Below are positions 1-15,668 of a stretch of DNA of 64,000 nucleotides, piece by piece. The DNA comes from the human T2T-CHM13v2.0 reference genome, Homo sapiens. The stretch lies in the NCBI RefSeq assembly GCF_009914755.1, contig NC_060939.1. The stretch is one strand, 5' to 3'. Under the pieces are notes generated by a model, which was not told the DNA's origin, did not search any database, and saw only the letters and a program-made list of their open reading frames with translations. Position 1 is the stretch's first letter; each line of letters begins with the position of its first letter. The position numbers were made by a program, and so were the translations under genes.

Positions 1-146
<146 letters not shown>

Positions 147-295
147 TGATTGCATATATCTATGTCACATTTTAAATAAACAGAGTATAATTTTTATAAC
201 TTTATTTTCCCATTTGTTGCTTGTTCTGACTATATGTATTAAAAATACCTATGTTGAGTCTAATAATAAAATTGGAGATTATGTTGTTGCATGTC

Positions 296-597
296 TTTTT
301 TTTTTCTTTTTTTTGAGACGGAGTTTCGCTCTTGTTGTCCAGGCTGGAGTGCAATCGTGAGATCTCAGCTTACCGCAACCTCCGCCTCCCGGTTCAAGCG
401 ATTCTCCTGCCTCAACCTCCTGAGTAGCTGGGATTACAGGCATGCACCACCACGCCCAGCTAATTTTGAATTTTTAGTAGAGACGGGGTTTCTTCATGTT
501 GGTCAGGCTGGTCTCGAACTCCTGCCTCAGGTGATCCACTCGCCTTGGCTTCCCAAAGTGCTGGGATTACAGGTGCGAGCCACCACACCCGGCCGGC
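296..597 (-). mobile_element. AluS (Sp/Sq-like)
   Basis: Poly-T then gagacggagtttcgctcttgttg; full dimer ending cccggcc. Confidence 0.95.
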
Positions 598-609
598 CCT
601 CTTTTCCTT

Positions 610-1135
<526 letters not shown>

Positions 1136-2652
1136 TAGAAAATATAGGCCTATTCAGATTGCCAAAACTCACACACAAAAAAATAGGCAAATTATATTTC
1201 AAGGAACTGGTTAATTTCATCTAGGTTATCAAATCTGTGAGCATACAGTTGTTCAGAGTATTCATTTATTATGATTAAATAATAATGCTCATATTTAATG
1301 TCCATAGGCTCTAGTGATTGATGTCTTCTGTTTCTGATATTAGTAATTTGTGTCTTGTCTCTTTTTTTCTTAGCCTGGCTAGAGGATTATCAATTTTCCT
1401 TCACTCTGACAATCTCTGTCTTTTAGTTGTTGTATTTAGACTACTGATGTTCAAGGTGGTTGATCTTTTCAAAGAACTAGCTTTTGGTTTTGTTAATGTT
1501 CTCTTTCGATTTTCCATTTTTAATTTCATTGATTTCTGCTCTAAGCCTTATTTTCTTTTCTTCTGCTTACTTTGGATTTAATTTGCTCTTCTTTCCTAGT
1601 TTCCTAAGGTAGAAACTTAGATTATTGATTCTAGGTCTTTCCTCTGCTCTAAGATACAAATTCAAAGTTAAAAATTTCCCTCTAAGCACGGCTTTTACTG
1701 CATCCCACTAATTTTGATAAATTGCATTTTCATTTTTATTTAGTTCAAAATATTTTTAAATTGATCATAAAATTTCTTCGACACATGTGTTATTTAGAAA
1801 TGTGTTGTTCAATCTCCACAGACTTTGGGATTTTCCAGTTGTCCTTTTGTTACTGATGTCTAATATAATTTCATTGTGGTCTGAGAGCAGATCCTGCATG
1901 GTTTCTGTTCTTCTACACTTGTTAGGTTGTGTTATATGGTCCAGAATGTGGTTTATCTTGGTCAGTGTTCCATGTGAGCTTGAGAAGAATGTGTATTTGT
2001 GCTATTGTTGGATGAAGTAGTCTATAGATATCAATTATATCTAGTTGATTAAGTTCAACTATGTCTTTACTGATATTTTGCATGCTGGGTCTGTCTGTTT
2101 CTGAGAGAGAACTGTTGGAGTTTCCAACTATAGTAGTGGATTCCTGTATTTCTCCTTGCAGTTCTATCAGTTTTTGCCTTATGTAGTTTGATAGTTTGTT
2201 GTTAGGCTTATACATGTTAAGGATTGTTATGTCTTCTTGGAGAATTTACCCCTCTATCATTATGTAATATTATCCTTCTTAATTCCTGATATCTTTCCTT
2301 GCTTTGAGGTCTGCTCTGTCTGAAATAGAGCTGCTCCTGCTTTCTTTTGATTTGTGTTAGCATGGTATATTTTCTCTATCCATCTACTTTTAATCTACAT
2401 GTGTCTTTATATTTAAAGTGGTCTTAATGTAGATAACATATAGTTAGGTTTTGTTTCTTGATCCACTCTGACAATTGGCTCTTTTAATCGGTACATTTAA
2501 ATCATTGATGTTCAAAGTGATTTTTGATATAACTGGATCAATATCTACCATATTTGTTACCGTTTTTTATTTGTTGCCCTTATTCTTTAATTCTATTTTT
2601 GACTTCCACTTTTTTTCTGTCTTTTGGGGTTTTAACTAGAATTTTAGGTATT

Positions 2653-2944
2653 TATTTTTTTTGAGACAGGGTCTTCCTCTGTTACCCAGCCTGGAGTGCA
2701 GTAGAGTGATCTCAGCTCACTGCAATCTCTGCCTCCCCAGCTCAAATGATCCTCCCCACTGAGCCTCCTGAGTAGCTGGAACCACAGGTGCATGTCACCA
2801 CACCCGGCTAATTTTTGTATTTTTTGTAGAGACAGGGTTTTGCCATGATGTCTAGGCTGGTCTGGAACTCCTGAGCTCAAGTGAGCCTCCCGCTTTGGCC
2901 TCCCAAAGTGTTGGGATTACAGGCATGAGCCACTGTGCCTGGCC
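2653..2944 (-). mobile_element. AluJ
   Basis: Poly-T, gagacagggtct..., divergent dimer. Confidence 0.93.
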
Positions 2945-3565
2945 TAGTTGACCATTTTATATGATTCCATTTTCCCTTCTTAACATATCAGTGATACTTC
3001 TTTTTTTACTTTTTAAAGTGATTGTCCTAGATTTTGCAATATTCACTTATAACGAATCCAAGTCCATTTTCAGATTACTATATCATTTCACAAGTGGTGT
3101 GGGTATCTTCTAATGACAAAATAATCCCAATTCCTCCCTCATGTCCTTTTTAACATTTCTGTCATTCATTTTATTTATGTTTAAGCATATATATACACAC
3201 ACACATACACATAAGTACAACCAAGTATATACACACATAAGTGTTCATAATCAAATGCATTGTTGCTTTTATTTTGAACAAATTGTTATTTGTTAGATCA
3301 ATTAAGAAGAAAAACATAGCAGTTTTTATTTTATCTTCACTCATTCCTTCTTCAATGGGTACTCTCCCTTTCTTTATAGAAACTGAAGTTTCTGACATAT
3401 TTTTCTTCTCTCTAAGTAACTTCACATTTCTTGCAAGGTAAAACTTCCCTCAATTTTTGTTGTTTGAGAAAGCCTTTATTTCTCTCAGTTTTGAAGGATA
3501 ATTTTGCAGGGTACAGAATTTTTGCTCAACACTTCAAACAGTTCCTTCCACTTGCTTCTTGCTTG

Positions 3566-3876
3566 TTTTTTTTTTTCTTTTTTTTTTTTTTTTTTGAGAT
3601 GGAGTCTTGCTCTGTTGCCCAGGCTGGAGTGCAGTGATGTGATCCCGGCTCACTGCAACCTCCGCCTCAAGCGTTCCAGCGATTCTCCTGCCTCAGCCTC
3701 CTGAGTAGCTGGGATTACAGGTGCACACCACCATGCCCAGCTAATTTTCTATTTTTAGTAGAGATGGGATTTTGCCATGTTGGCCAGCCTGGTTTCAAAC
3801 TCCTGACCTCAGGTGATCCGCTCGCCTTGGCCTCCCAAAGTGCTGGGATTACAGGTGTGAGCCACCGCGCCTGGCC
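3566..3876 (-). mobile_element. AluS
   Basis: Long poly-T and full antisense dimer. Confidence 0.95.
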
Positions 3877-5483
3877 CCCACTTGCTTGGTTTCTAAGCAG
3901 AAGTTGGATGGACGCAATTCTTCTTTGTTCCTCTATAGGTAATATGTTTTTCCTTTAGAACTTTTATCTTTGATTTTCTGTAGTTTGAAAATGATATGCC
4001 TACGTATACCTTTCTTTTCTTTTGCATTTATCCTGCTTAGTGTTCTCTGAGCTTCCTGGATCTGTGATTTGGTGTCTGATATTAATTTGGAGGAAATTCT
4101 CAGTCATTATTGTTTCAAATACTTCTTCTGTTCCTTTCTCTCTTCTGGCATTTTTATTTTGTGCATGTTACACCCTTTGTAGTTGTCCCACGGTTCTTGA
4201 ATATTCTATTTTTTTCAGTTTTTGTTCTCTTTTCCTTTCAGTTTTTAAAGGTTTCTATTGAGATATTCTCAAGCTCAGGGATTCTTTCCTCAGCTGTGTC
4301 AGGTCTAATAAGCTCATCAAAGGAATTCTTCATTTCTATTAGAATGTTTTTGATCTCTAGCATTTCTTTTTGGTTCTTTCTTGGGATTTTCGTCTCTCTG
4401 CTTACATCACCCATCTGTTCCTGCATGCTGTCTACTTCACCCATTACAGCCCCTGGCATATTAATTGTAGCTCTTTTAAATTCCTGGTCTGATCATTTCA
4501 ACGTCCCTGCCATGTCTGGTTCTGATGCTTGCTCTGTCTATTCAAATTATGTTTCTTGCCTGTTGGTATGCCTTGTAATATTTTTCTTGATAGGCAGACA
4601 TGATGCACTGGGTAAAAGGAACTGCTGTAAATAGGCTTTAGTGATATGATGGTGAGGTGTAGGGGACGGGAAATGTTCTGTAGTCCCATCAACAGGTCTC
4701 CGTCTTTTAGTGAGCCTGTGCCTCTGGACTATGAACATCACATGTGTTTCTCAGCTTTTTTCCTCCCACTTAGGTGAAATAGGATGGCTAGAGGGAGCCC
4801 GAGTTGGATATTTCTCTCTACCAGTTAGGTTGGGCTCTGATAATACCCCAGCAGGTTGGGCTCTGGTTAACTTCTTACTCCTGAAGGGTAGACATTGTTA
4901 AAAAGTACATAGTGCCCCAGGGTATTTTCAAATGGTTCCTTTCCACCTCTTCCTGCTGGAAGCATGAGGGGGTTTTCTCTGATATTTACTGTGGGAATGG
5001 TGGTTGAGCTCCTGAAGATAAACATCACAAGACTGTGGGGGCCCTTCTATGAGTGGGTCCCCCTGGAGTTCTTAACTGTTAGGCTTGTCCACACTGAGCC
5101 TCTGGCCAATTTGTCAATGAACAGTTCAGGTTCTCCTACCCAACACTGCTTCCCTTGGTTGTTTCTGCCCATGAGTCTGCTCTGGTAAGTTGTGGCTCCC
5201 TGTATTTATCTGTCTTTCCCATCTCGGGGCAGCATTTGCCCGTGTCCTCACCTCTCTTATGGATCCAAGAGCAGTTGTCCATCAGTCTGTTCAGCTTTTT
5301 TCTTGTTAGGATGGAGTGGCAACTTCCAAGTTCCGTACATGTGCAACCAGAAACAAGAAGTCTATCGAGACTTTATATCTTTACATCTTTAAATATTTTA
5401 ACATTATCTCTAAAAAACAAGCACAGTTTAAAGCTAATGGCAATACTGCTGTCATACTCAAAATTAAAAAATTCCTTAATATT

Positions 5484-5792
<309 letters not shown>

Positions 5793-5946
5793 TTAATATC
5801 ATCAAATTCCCAGTCAATGTTCAAATTTATAATTGCTTCAAATGTCATTATCTTACAGTTTACTTGAATCAGGATCCAAATAAGGTCTCTATATTGCCAT
5901 TAGTTGAAACAACTCTACTAACTTAAATGTCTATGCTCTATCTCTC

Positions 5947-6242
<296 letters not shown>

Positions 6243-6351
6243 TATTCTCTTTCTTTCATGTGAGAATCCCAGTTCTCATGACACTGGGGTGGTAGAATTA
6301 GAAGATCATACAACTACTCATTTGCTGTATTCTACAGTGTGCATGTGCGCG

Positions 6352-6379
6352 CACACACACACACACACACGCACACACA
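6352..6379. repeat. (CA)n microsatellite
   Basis: Interrupted CA run. Confidence 0.9.
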
Positions 6380-7341
6380 ATGTTTCAGAGTAACAATACC
6401 AACACTACACCAATAATAAGATTATAGAAAAGAGTTTATGATTTTTGGGGGTAGTTTTCCTTATACATTAAGGATATTTTATAGGGATGAATAGTCAAAT
6501 CAATTTTGTTTAAAGTCACTTGGAGTTAGTTACTATCTGTTTGATTATGGGACCAACTTGCTACCTATTTAGGTTACATGCAGTTTGAATATTCACCAGT
6601 AAACCTAGGAATAATTATCACTGTTCAGAAAATCACCAATAGTTACCGAGCACCTCCGAGGTACTAGAAATGTTCATGATCATTGTTACACTCAAGTCTT
6701 GCAAAGCCCTATGAAATAGAAGTTACTTTTCCCTTATAATTTAGGAAACAAACTCAAAGAGGTTAAAAGCTTACAGTGAATCAGTCTCACAGCTAGTAAG
6801 AAGAATGAGTGAGGTAAGATTGAAATTCCAGTCTCTGGAGTCCATATTCTGCCCTTAGAAAGATTAGGATGATTTATGATAGCTTATAGAAAAAGCTGCT
6901 GGTTCTATTTATTTTATTACCTCTATATATTCCAGTAGGGAGACAAGGTGGTAACTGATAACTGTGTTATACCTGATTACAAAGGTGATAATTTTTTTCT
7001 TACAGATTTATGCTCAGAAACAGTGCACCTGACAGTGTTAGCTGGTTTTCTCTAACTTCTTTTTCTGGGGCAATTCTCCCAATGGGTTTGAATTTTTATG
7101 AGCTTACTGATGGGCTTAAAAGGGTGGCCTTCAATATTTCCTTCCATTCAGGGCCTATTGTGTCCTGGGCTTCAAATTCACAGAGGCCCTTAAATTTAGA
7201 ATTTGGACCTTACATCCATCCCAAAGAGGTTCTATCTGTGATCACAGAGATAAACCAACAAGGACAGAAGAAAGAGATGTGCAACTTACAGCTTCAGCGT
7301 TGGATCCCATTAGTGGAAGGCACTGCTGGTAGGTAGAATAC

Positions 7342-7455
7342 CATCATTATGGTATTCACAGGATATTTACAGGATTTATAAAAGTAGTGATGAATCACTG
7401 ATCTCACTTTATTTTTTATAAATCCTGTAAATATCCTGTGAATTCCATAATGATG
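7342..7455. repeat. Inverted repeat, 42-bp arms (41/42 complementary), 30-nt spacer
   Basis: 7342-7383 is the reverse complement of 7414-7455 apart from one T.T mismatch (7353/7444). Confidence 0.95.
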
Positions 7456-8190
7456 ATGAATTATATATTTTGATGGAGTTTAAAAAGTGTCAGCTTATTA
7501 AATGTAAGCATCTCAAATACATAATGATTTTTGTAACCCTATTTTATCATTTCTATAATGTCTAAAATATCAGGAGTTGCAAGCAATGGAAGTATCTGGT
7601 GACTTAGGGCAGCTGAGAAGCTCTGTCTGCTTCCACTTGGCCCTGAGCACTTCTGTGGACAAAGCACTCTGACCTGACAGGGTGCTGGTTACACATTGGC
7701 TGAGTTTGTGGCTATTTCTAGGGAGCAGAGTCTGGCTCTTTCCTCATTTACCTGTACAATAAGAATACCCGCCTGACAGGGGAGAGGTGAGGATTCAGTA
7801 AGCACAGCACAAGTCTCTAGTAAAAGAAAGCTGTCATGAGGATGATAACAGTTAATGAGAACATGTTGTTCAGGAGGTTTTAAAGGGCAGATACAGCATG
7901 ATCCTGATTTTTAAGAAAATTAGATATAAAAACATGGGCACATGAAAAAGCCCCAACAGGCTACAGACTGAAATATTTATAATGGTAGTGGGAATAAAGG
8001 TGAATTTTGCTTTTTCCATGTATTTGTCTGTTTTAATTTTTTCGCAATATACTTATACTAAATGATGATACTTATTTTGTTTATGTGGATATACATAAAT
8101 CTACAGACATACAAAATTATGGATAATTTTTCTTTTGTCTTTCTAAATTTATAAAATTTCTCACTTAAATATGTGCAAGTTCTATAATTA

Positions 8191-8520
<330 letters not shown>

Positions 8521-9899
8521 TGATAAAAGACTGGGAGAAGAGCCTGGCTGGGTTTTAAGCCTACCTGGGGACATGGCTGCATTGTTTCTGAGAAACACAA
8601 AGAGCCTGCTCAGCACCTGCCATCATCTCAACCAGAAAGCCCACTCCAGATGCTGTCTTGTCAGTGGCTCAGTCAGTGCACCTTTGATTTATGATGAATT
8701 CCCCAGTGTTTACAGACTGGTGAATGCAGAACAATTTCTCCCCATTAGAAGGAGTCATGGTGTGGCAAGTTCAGATTAGTTTCTCTTCTATGGAGTTTCA
8801 TTCTTTCATGAAATGTGGTCTTGCTTCACACTGTGAGGGAGTTTGGTGCCTCTCTCGGCCTGGGTCACCTGCTAGTGTGTGTTTGGCACTAGAAAGAGGC
8901 TCTCAGGGAAAGGGTTCCTGACTGCATCCTTCCTTCCTTGCCCCTTCTCTCTCTCCATGCTCTCCAAGAAAATATTTACCACCCTTGAGGCCTCCTACTA
9001 CCATTAGGAAAAAGATTGATAAAACGATGACTTTAAAATTAAGAAGTTCTGCTTATCTAAAGAGTTCATAAAGAGATTAATAACACAAACCACAGAATAG
9101 AAGTAGAAGCTATTTGGTAATACATATAACCAACAAAGGACTCTTATCCAGAAAATACATGTTTAAAAAAAAACACTAAAAATTATTAAGTAAGACATAA
9201 CCCAACAAAAATTCCAGAAGTGGTGGGCAAGGCCAGAAACTCAGACAAATGATGTTGGTACCAAGACCAGGCTACACAGTGGCTGGACCAGCAGCTGGTA
9301 ATCATGCAGACCCATGCTCAGCCTTTTCGCAGCGAGATGGAGCAAGTGCTGTGAGTGCTGGAGATGTTGGCATGCTGAGGATCTTACAGGCAGAGGATCC
9401 AAAGAGCTCGCTAGAACTGGTCGCAGAAGCCCCAGCCAGATTCTTAATGCCTTTAATTTTCCAGGGAAGAAGCTTCTCCATCACTGAACTGTTTCCATAT
9501 TATAGATACTGTAATATCTATGGGTTTTCCTAATACTCATCTTTGTATTAGCTGGCGTTTTTACCCAACCAGGAAAGGAGTGGAGCCATGAAGCAGTGAG
9601 TGCCCAGAACTGGAAGAATTCTGAAGGAGATGGGACTGTGGACCATGTTCTCTCTCAGGCTAACATCTTAATAACAGCCTACTCTGTTCCAACCAGAAAG
9701 AATGAGAGAGGAAGGGAAGACGAACAGACAGAGACAGATGGACACATACTTATGAAGTGCCCACTGTGCTCAAGGAATTTGCTAGGGGCTTTCACATTTG
9801 TTGTTCACTTTGCTTCTTGTAACACTCCATTCTGTTGATGAGACGGGAGCCTCAGGAGAAATACATGGCTTGCTCAAGTTTAGTTTGTCAGTGATGTAG

Positions 9900-10221
<322 letters not shown>

Positions 10222-10686
10222 CTGTGACTCATTTTTCTAATTCCATGGCCTTGGAATCAGGTGTGTGTGAGCTTGGGTAATTATTTACCTCTGTGAGCTC
10301 AAGGCCCCTCTGTGAAATGATATCTGGCTAGTAGGAGCACCCTTGCAGGACTCTGCGCATGATGTACAGTAGTTGGTTTTACTGTAAATGTACTCAAATC
10401 CTTAGCACAGGATCAGGTACACTGAAGACAGTGAAGAGAAGGGAGTTAAACACTTTTGAAGTCATATTTTCTTTTCTCAGGTTCAACCACTCTGCTAGGA
10501 GAGAAAGGCAGAGAACAGGATAAGAAGATTGAGAGAGAGAGGTTGATTGTGAGGACGTAGTGTCTGGGACACATATATTTGGTCACAGAGTCATGACTTG
10601 AGGGGTGGCACGCTGAGAAGTTGCCTGTCTTACTCTCTGAGACTGAGCAGCTAAGATAGAAGGCTGAATATTGACTTGGGACAATA

Positions 10687-10970
10687 CAGTCATGAGTTGC
10701 TTAACAAGAAGCCTATGTTCTGAGAAATATGGTGTTAGGCAATTTCATCACTGTGCAAACATCATAGAGTGTACGGTACTTACACAAACCTACACAGCAT
10801 AGCCTACTACACACCTAGGCTGTATACTATAGCCTATCACTCCTAGGTTTGTAAACCTGTACAACATGTTACTGTACTGAATACTGCAGGCAGTTGTAAC
10901 ACAATGGTAAGTATTTGTGAATCTAAACATATCATTAAAAGGTACAGTAAAATATGGTATTTATAACATA
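10687..10970. mobile_element. Tigger3-family (MER7-like) TcMar DNA transposon fragment
   Basis: TA|CAGTCATG terminus; catcatagagtgtac...agcctactacacacctaggct...aaacctgtac. Confidence 0.85.
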
Positions 10971-11976
10971 TTTTATAAAAATATGATGGTTTCTACCCTG
11001 GACTAGCTAAGAGATCTGAGGCTAGCAACTGTCCACAAACCTCCTCCCTCTTCCCCCAACCAAAGCCAAAAATATCTTACCCACCATTTCTTAAAACAAA
11101 ACAGCCTGCAAAACCATTCAGCATTCTGCAGTAGAAAACACAAAACTCAGGTTGCCCCATTGAAGAAGGCCAGAAATCTTTGGAACATCACCCACTTAGG
11201 AGCATCCTGCCTCTGCTATTCACTGCCAGAAGTTATTTTACAAAGCCAAGCTTCTGTAGACCGTTCACAGCATGGGCTGGCCTTAATGGAGAGCTGGGCA
11301 AGGAAAATTCCCTCCTTCGAGCCTGGGCTGAGGAAAACCTCACCTGAGGAATGAGGGCCATTCTTGTTTATTATGATTGAATCACTATGCATATTACTTT
11401 CATATGTAATGCATTTGCCATTCTGAAGTATGCAGTGGGGATGGGGGTACTCCCACTTAGCCAAATCAAAACCCAGGTCCCAAGATTCTCAGTAGAAGAG
11501 ATGGGCTCCCTTCACTCGGGAGGTCCCAGGGTGGCTGCAAGTACTCTCCTTGTACTATTAGGGTTGTTTTGGCACCTCCTCTTGGCAAACCCTAACAGAG
11601 ACACTGTCTTTGTTTCTCAATCCCTGCTACAGACTGAAATTATCTGGGAAATTAAAAAAATATATATGATGACAAGCCGCTACCTCCAGCTATTCTGACT
11701 TAATACATTTGCATTGAAGACAAGGATTTGGGGTTAAAAAAAACTCCCCAGGTGATTGTGATGTGCACCCAAGTCAGAACCAAGTGCTATACCGATTTCA
11801 TGTAAAATTGTTGATTGATTTATGTCTTCCACTTCTTGAGCTCCTGGTATATGCCAGGCACTGAAGCACTAATGAACAGAAACAGGCAAGGCTCTTACTC
11901 TCATAAACATTACAGATATTCGTCAGATAATTACATAAGCAAATAATTTGGAATTATAAAAGTACATGGTGCTTGG

Positions 11977-12271
11977 GGCTGGGCGTGGTGGTGCACGCCT
12001 GTAATCCCAGCACTCTGGGAGGCGAAGACGGGTAGATCACTTGAGGTCAGGAGTTCGAGACCAGTCTGGCCAACATGGTGAAACCCCATCTCTACTAAAA
12101 ATACAAAAATTAGCCGGGTTTGGTGGTGGGCGCCTGTAATCCCAGCTACTCAGGAGGCTGAGGCAGGAGAATTGCATGAACCTAGGAGGTGGAGGTTGCA
12201 GTGAGCTGATAGTGCCACTGCACTCCAGCCTGAGTGATAGAGCAAGACTCTGTCTCAAAAAAATAAAAAAA
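11977..12271 (+). mobile_element. AluS with TSD GTACATGGTGCTTGG
   Basis: Full dimer, A tail, duplicated flank. Confidence 0.95.
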
Positions 12272-12569
12272 TGTACATGGTGCTTGGGCAGATAGGGAGG
12301 GAAGGGGTAAGAGGATTAGAAAAGTGATCCATTAGAAGCTCCCTGGTGTACCTCTCTCTTTCCAATACTCACTCACCAAGGGATAGCCATATATCTGACT
12401 GACCAATGTCTATCTCCCAATAATTCCATGGGAAATAACTCCTATTTTCCAGTAATAGGAGAATGAATAAAATATGAAAAATGTAGACTCTAGGGACTTT
12501 CAAAAGAGACAAAACCCATTGTGAGGAAAGAATATGTTATTCATGTATCATGTACTAAATAATTAAAAC

Positions 12570-12857
12570 AGCCAAACACAGGGCTCACACCTATAATCTC
12601 AGCACTTTGGGAGACCAAGGCAGGAGGATTGCTTGAGCCCAGGAGTTCGAGACCAGCCTAGAGAGCCCCTGTCTCTACAAAACACAAAAATTGGCTAGGC
12701 GTAGTGGTACATGCCTGTAGTCCCTGCTACTTGGAAGGCTGAGGTGGGAGGATCACTTGAGCCCGGAAGGTCCAGGCTGCACTCCTGCCTGGGTGACATA
12801 GCAAGACTCTGTCTCCAAAAATAAAAAAAAAAGGGCAACACCAAAACAAACAAAAAA
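12570..12857 (+). mobile_element. AluJ with internal deletions
   Basis: Divergent dimer; A-rich tail. Confidence 0.88.
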
Positions 12858-13351
12858 GAATTAATACAATCTGAAGGATGCAGAGATGAGGCAGAACTGC
12901 TGCCCAAACATCTGTAGCAAATTAGCCAGTGGGAAGAAGTCAGCTAAACCTAGTAGAGGCAAAGGGAGGAATAGATTACTTCTCCCCCTACCTTCCCACA
13001 AGGTTCTGGATTAAAAATATTTGATTAAAAAAAATAAAATTACGTGCATAAAATCTGAAAACATTCTTGTTGCAAAAATGTTTAAGCAATAACAGTATAT
13101 TAAGCAATAACAGTATAAAGAGTGCCAACCAAAGCCTCCCTTTACCACATATCTTGTTTCCAATCGCTCTTCTCTCCCTAGAGGGATCATCATTCACAGC
13201 TGGCTGTGTTTCTTTCCGGAAGTTTTTCTTTGCATTTATAAACACTTATTTCCAGAAACAAGTGAATAGTTGTTCTATTTGTCTGTGTTTTTGCATACTC
13301 TTCACGTTCATCTGCAATTTCTTTTCTTTTATTCAACAATTATATTATTTT

Positions 13352-13610
13352 GCGGTCAGGATGAAGGTGAGGCGAGTGAGGCATTTTGGCACACAATTTA
13401 AGGGAGTCCCCACAACAACTGAAGGGATTGCCAAAAGCTCAGTAATCGAGATAAATTTTAGTGCAATATTAAAAAAAAATCTAAATCAGCACCAAAAATG
13501 TATATTGAACAAAATATCAAAACCTTAAAGACTGGATCTCTATTACTGAGTGTTCCTTTGGCTTTGGGCTTCAATATGGATGAGCAGGTGACTGTTACTG
13601 ATCCTGTCCA
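13352..13610. mobile_element. hAT DNA transposon fossil (MER96B-like)
   Basis: ggtgaggcgagtgaggca...aatttaaggg...ctcagtaatcgagataaat...gaacaaaatatcaaaa, as recalled from the consensus. Confidence 0.6.
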
Positions 13611-13639
13611 TGTGATCTTTCTATGTTGGTACATGTAGA

Positions 13640-14880
13640 TCTTTTTTCCTAAAAAAATCATATTTAGAAATAATTTCAAACTTCCAAAAATTGCAAATAA
13701 CTCCCATATTACTTTACCCAATTGCTGATGCCACTAAATTTTCTCTATTACTCTCTCTCTGTACTTATATATACCCATTATTAGTCTTTTAAGGAACCTT
13801 TGTATATTTTCTAAAACACTAGGATATAAAACCAGTATACAACCTCCAAATGAGGACATTAACATTGGTTCCCCACTGCTGTCCAATCCATAGTCCTCAT
13901 TCACATTTGCCACCTGTCCTAACAATGTCTCTATTTCCTGTCTGGTCCAGGAAATGTATATTGCATTTAATTGTCATGTATCCTCAGACTTGTAAATCTG
14001 CAACAGGTCTTTTGCCTTTTCCTGTTTTCTATGTCCTTGACAGAAACTAAGTACAGGACTTCCATTCTGTGGGATGGCCTTCAACATGGGATATTTCCTT
14101 ATGTCTAGATTCAGGTACACCAAGATCTGCTACTGTGTTCCTCTCAAGGCATTCCTTCCAGAAGCACACCGTGTTGACCCATCCTGACGCTGGTGATGTT
14201 AGCACTGATTACCTAGTTGTGTCATTGTCTGCCCCATTTCTTCACCATAAGGTCATGATTCTTCCCTTGACAATACCATAGTATTTTGTAAAGAGGTGTT
14301 CGGAGATTATTGCAATATCTTGTTCCCCATCAAACTTCCACCCAGCTTTAGCACTGATCGACAATTCTCACTTCAACTGGGCATCCCCATGATGGTTGCC
14401 AATGCTGGTTTTCTATTTCCATTCTACGTGTATTCGATGGCATTCTACTGTAAAGAAGAGCTTTGACCCCACCTTATTTATTTATATGTTTATATCAGTA
14501 TGGATTCATGGTCTCCTATTTTATTCGGTAGGTTGTAATTCATTACTATCCGTATTTATTCTGATTGTTCAGATTCTTATTTGTTCAGATTGTCCCTGTT
14601 TTGGCCAATGGGAACTCTGTCAAGCCAGTTCCTATGTCCTTTTGATATATGTCCATCTGTCATTGAGCATTTCTTCACTTTCTGACACAATATAAGGTTC
14701 CAGTCCTGTCTTGTCCTTTCCCTGCTCCAGCCCTAGAACTAGCCATTTCCACAAGGAACACTGGTACCTTTTAGTAAGAATGTAATTTAGGAACCAACAC
14801 TGGAAAACCAGATGTGCTCATTACCATTGAAGTGCCATTGCTTCTAGGCCCTGTCAGTGGACAACGCTAGGAAATAGACG
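13640..14880 (-). mobile_element. Old L1M 3' region
   Basis: Degenerate L1ME/MC-like antisense motifs (ccctagaactagccatttcc, gatgtgctcatt). Confidence 0.6.
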
Positions 14881-15200
14881 CTCTGAAGGCTGGGAAATCC
14901 AAGATCAAGGCACTAGCAGACTCAGTTGTTTAGTGAGAGCTCCTCTCTGCTTCCACGATGGCACCGTGGTACTGGATCCTCTGGAGGTGAGGAATGCTAT
15001 GTCCTCACATGGCAGAAGGCAGAAGGGCAAGAGGGCTGAACCTGAATGAAGCCTCTTTTATAAAGGACATTAATCCATTCACGAGGGAGGAGCCTCCATG
15101 GCCTAATCAGCTCTTGGAGGCTCCACCTCTTAATACCATCACATTGGCCATTAAGTTTCAACACTTAAATTTTGGAGGGGACATATTCAAACCTCAGCAC
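14880..15200 (-). mobile_element. MaLR LTR (MST/MLT1A-like), partial
   Basis: ggctgggaaatccaagatcaagg...tcctcacatggcagaagg...cttaataccatcacattgg. Confidence 0.8.
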
Positions 15201-15308
15201 ATACATACTCACAAATATGTGAATGCACTCAAACATCTATAACTATTCCTATTTTTATATCTGTATGTATATATATGATCTCCATCTGTCTATAAAATAT
15301 ATACCTAG

Positions 15309-15668
<360 letters not shown>

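Noticed and set aside
7342-7455. Calling the hairpin a named miRNA gene
   Set aside because: I do not recognise it as a known miRNA, and a hairpin alone is not enough; kept as a finding only.
9249-9533. 94-aa non-repeat ORF as an exon or pseudogene
   Set aside because: No recognisable homology, promoter or splice context.
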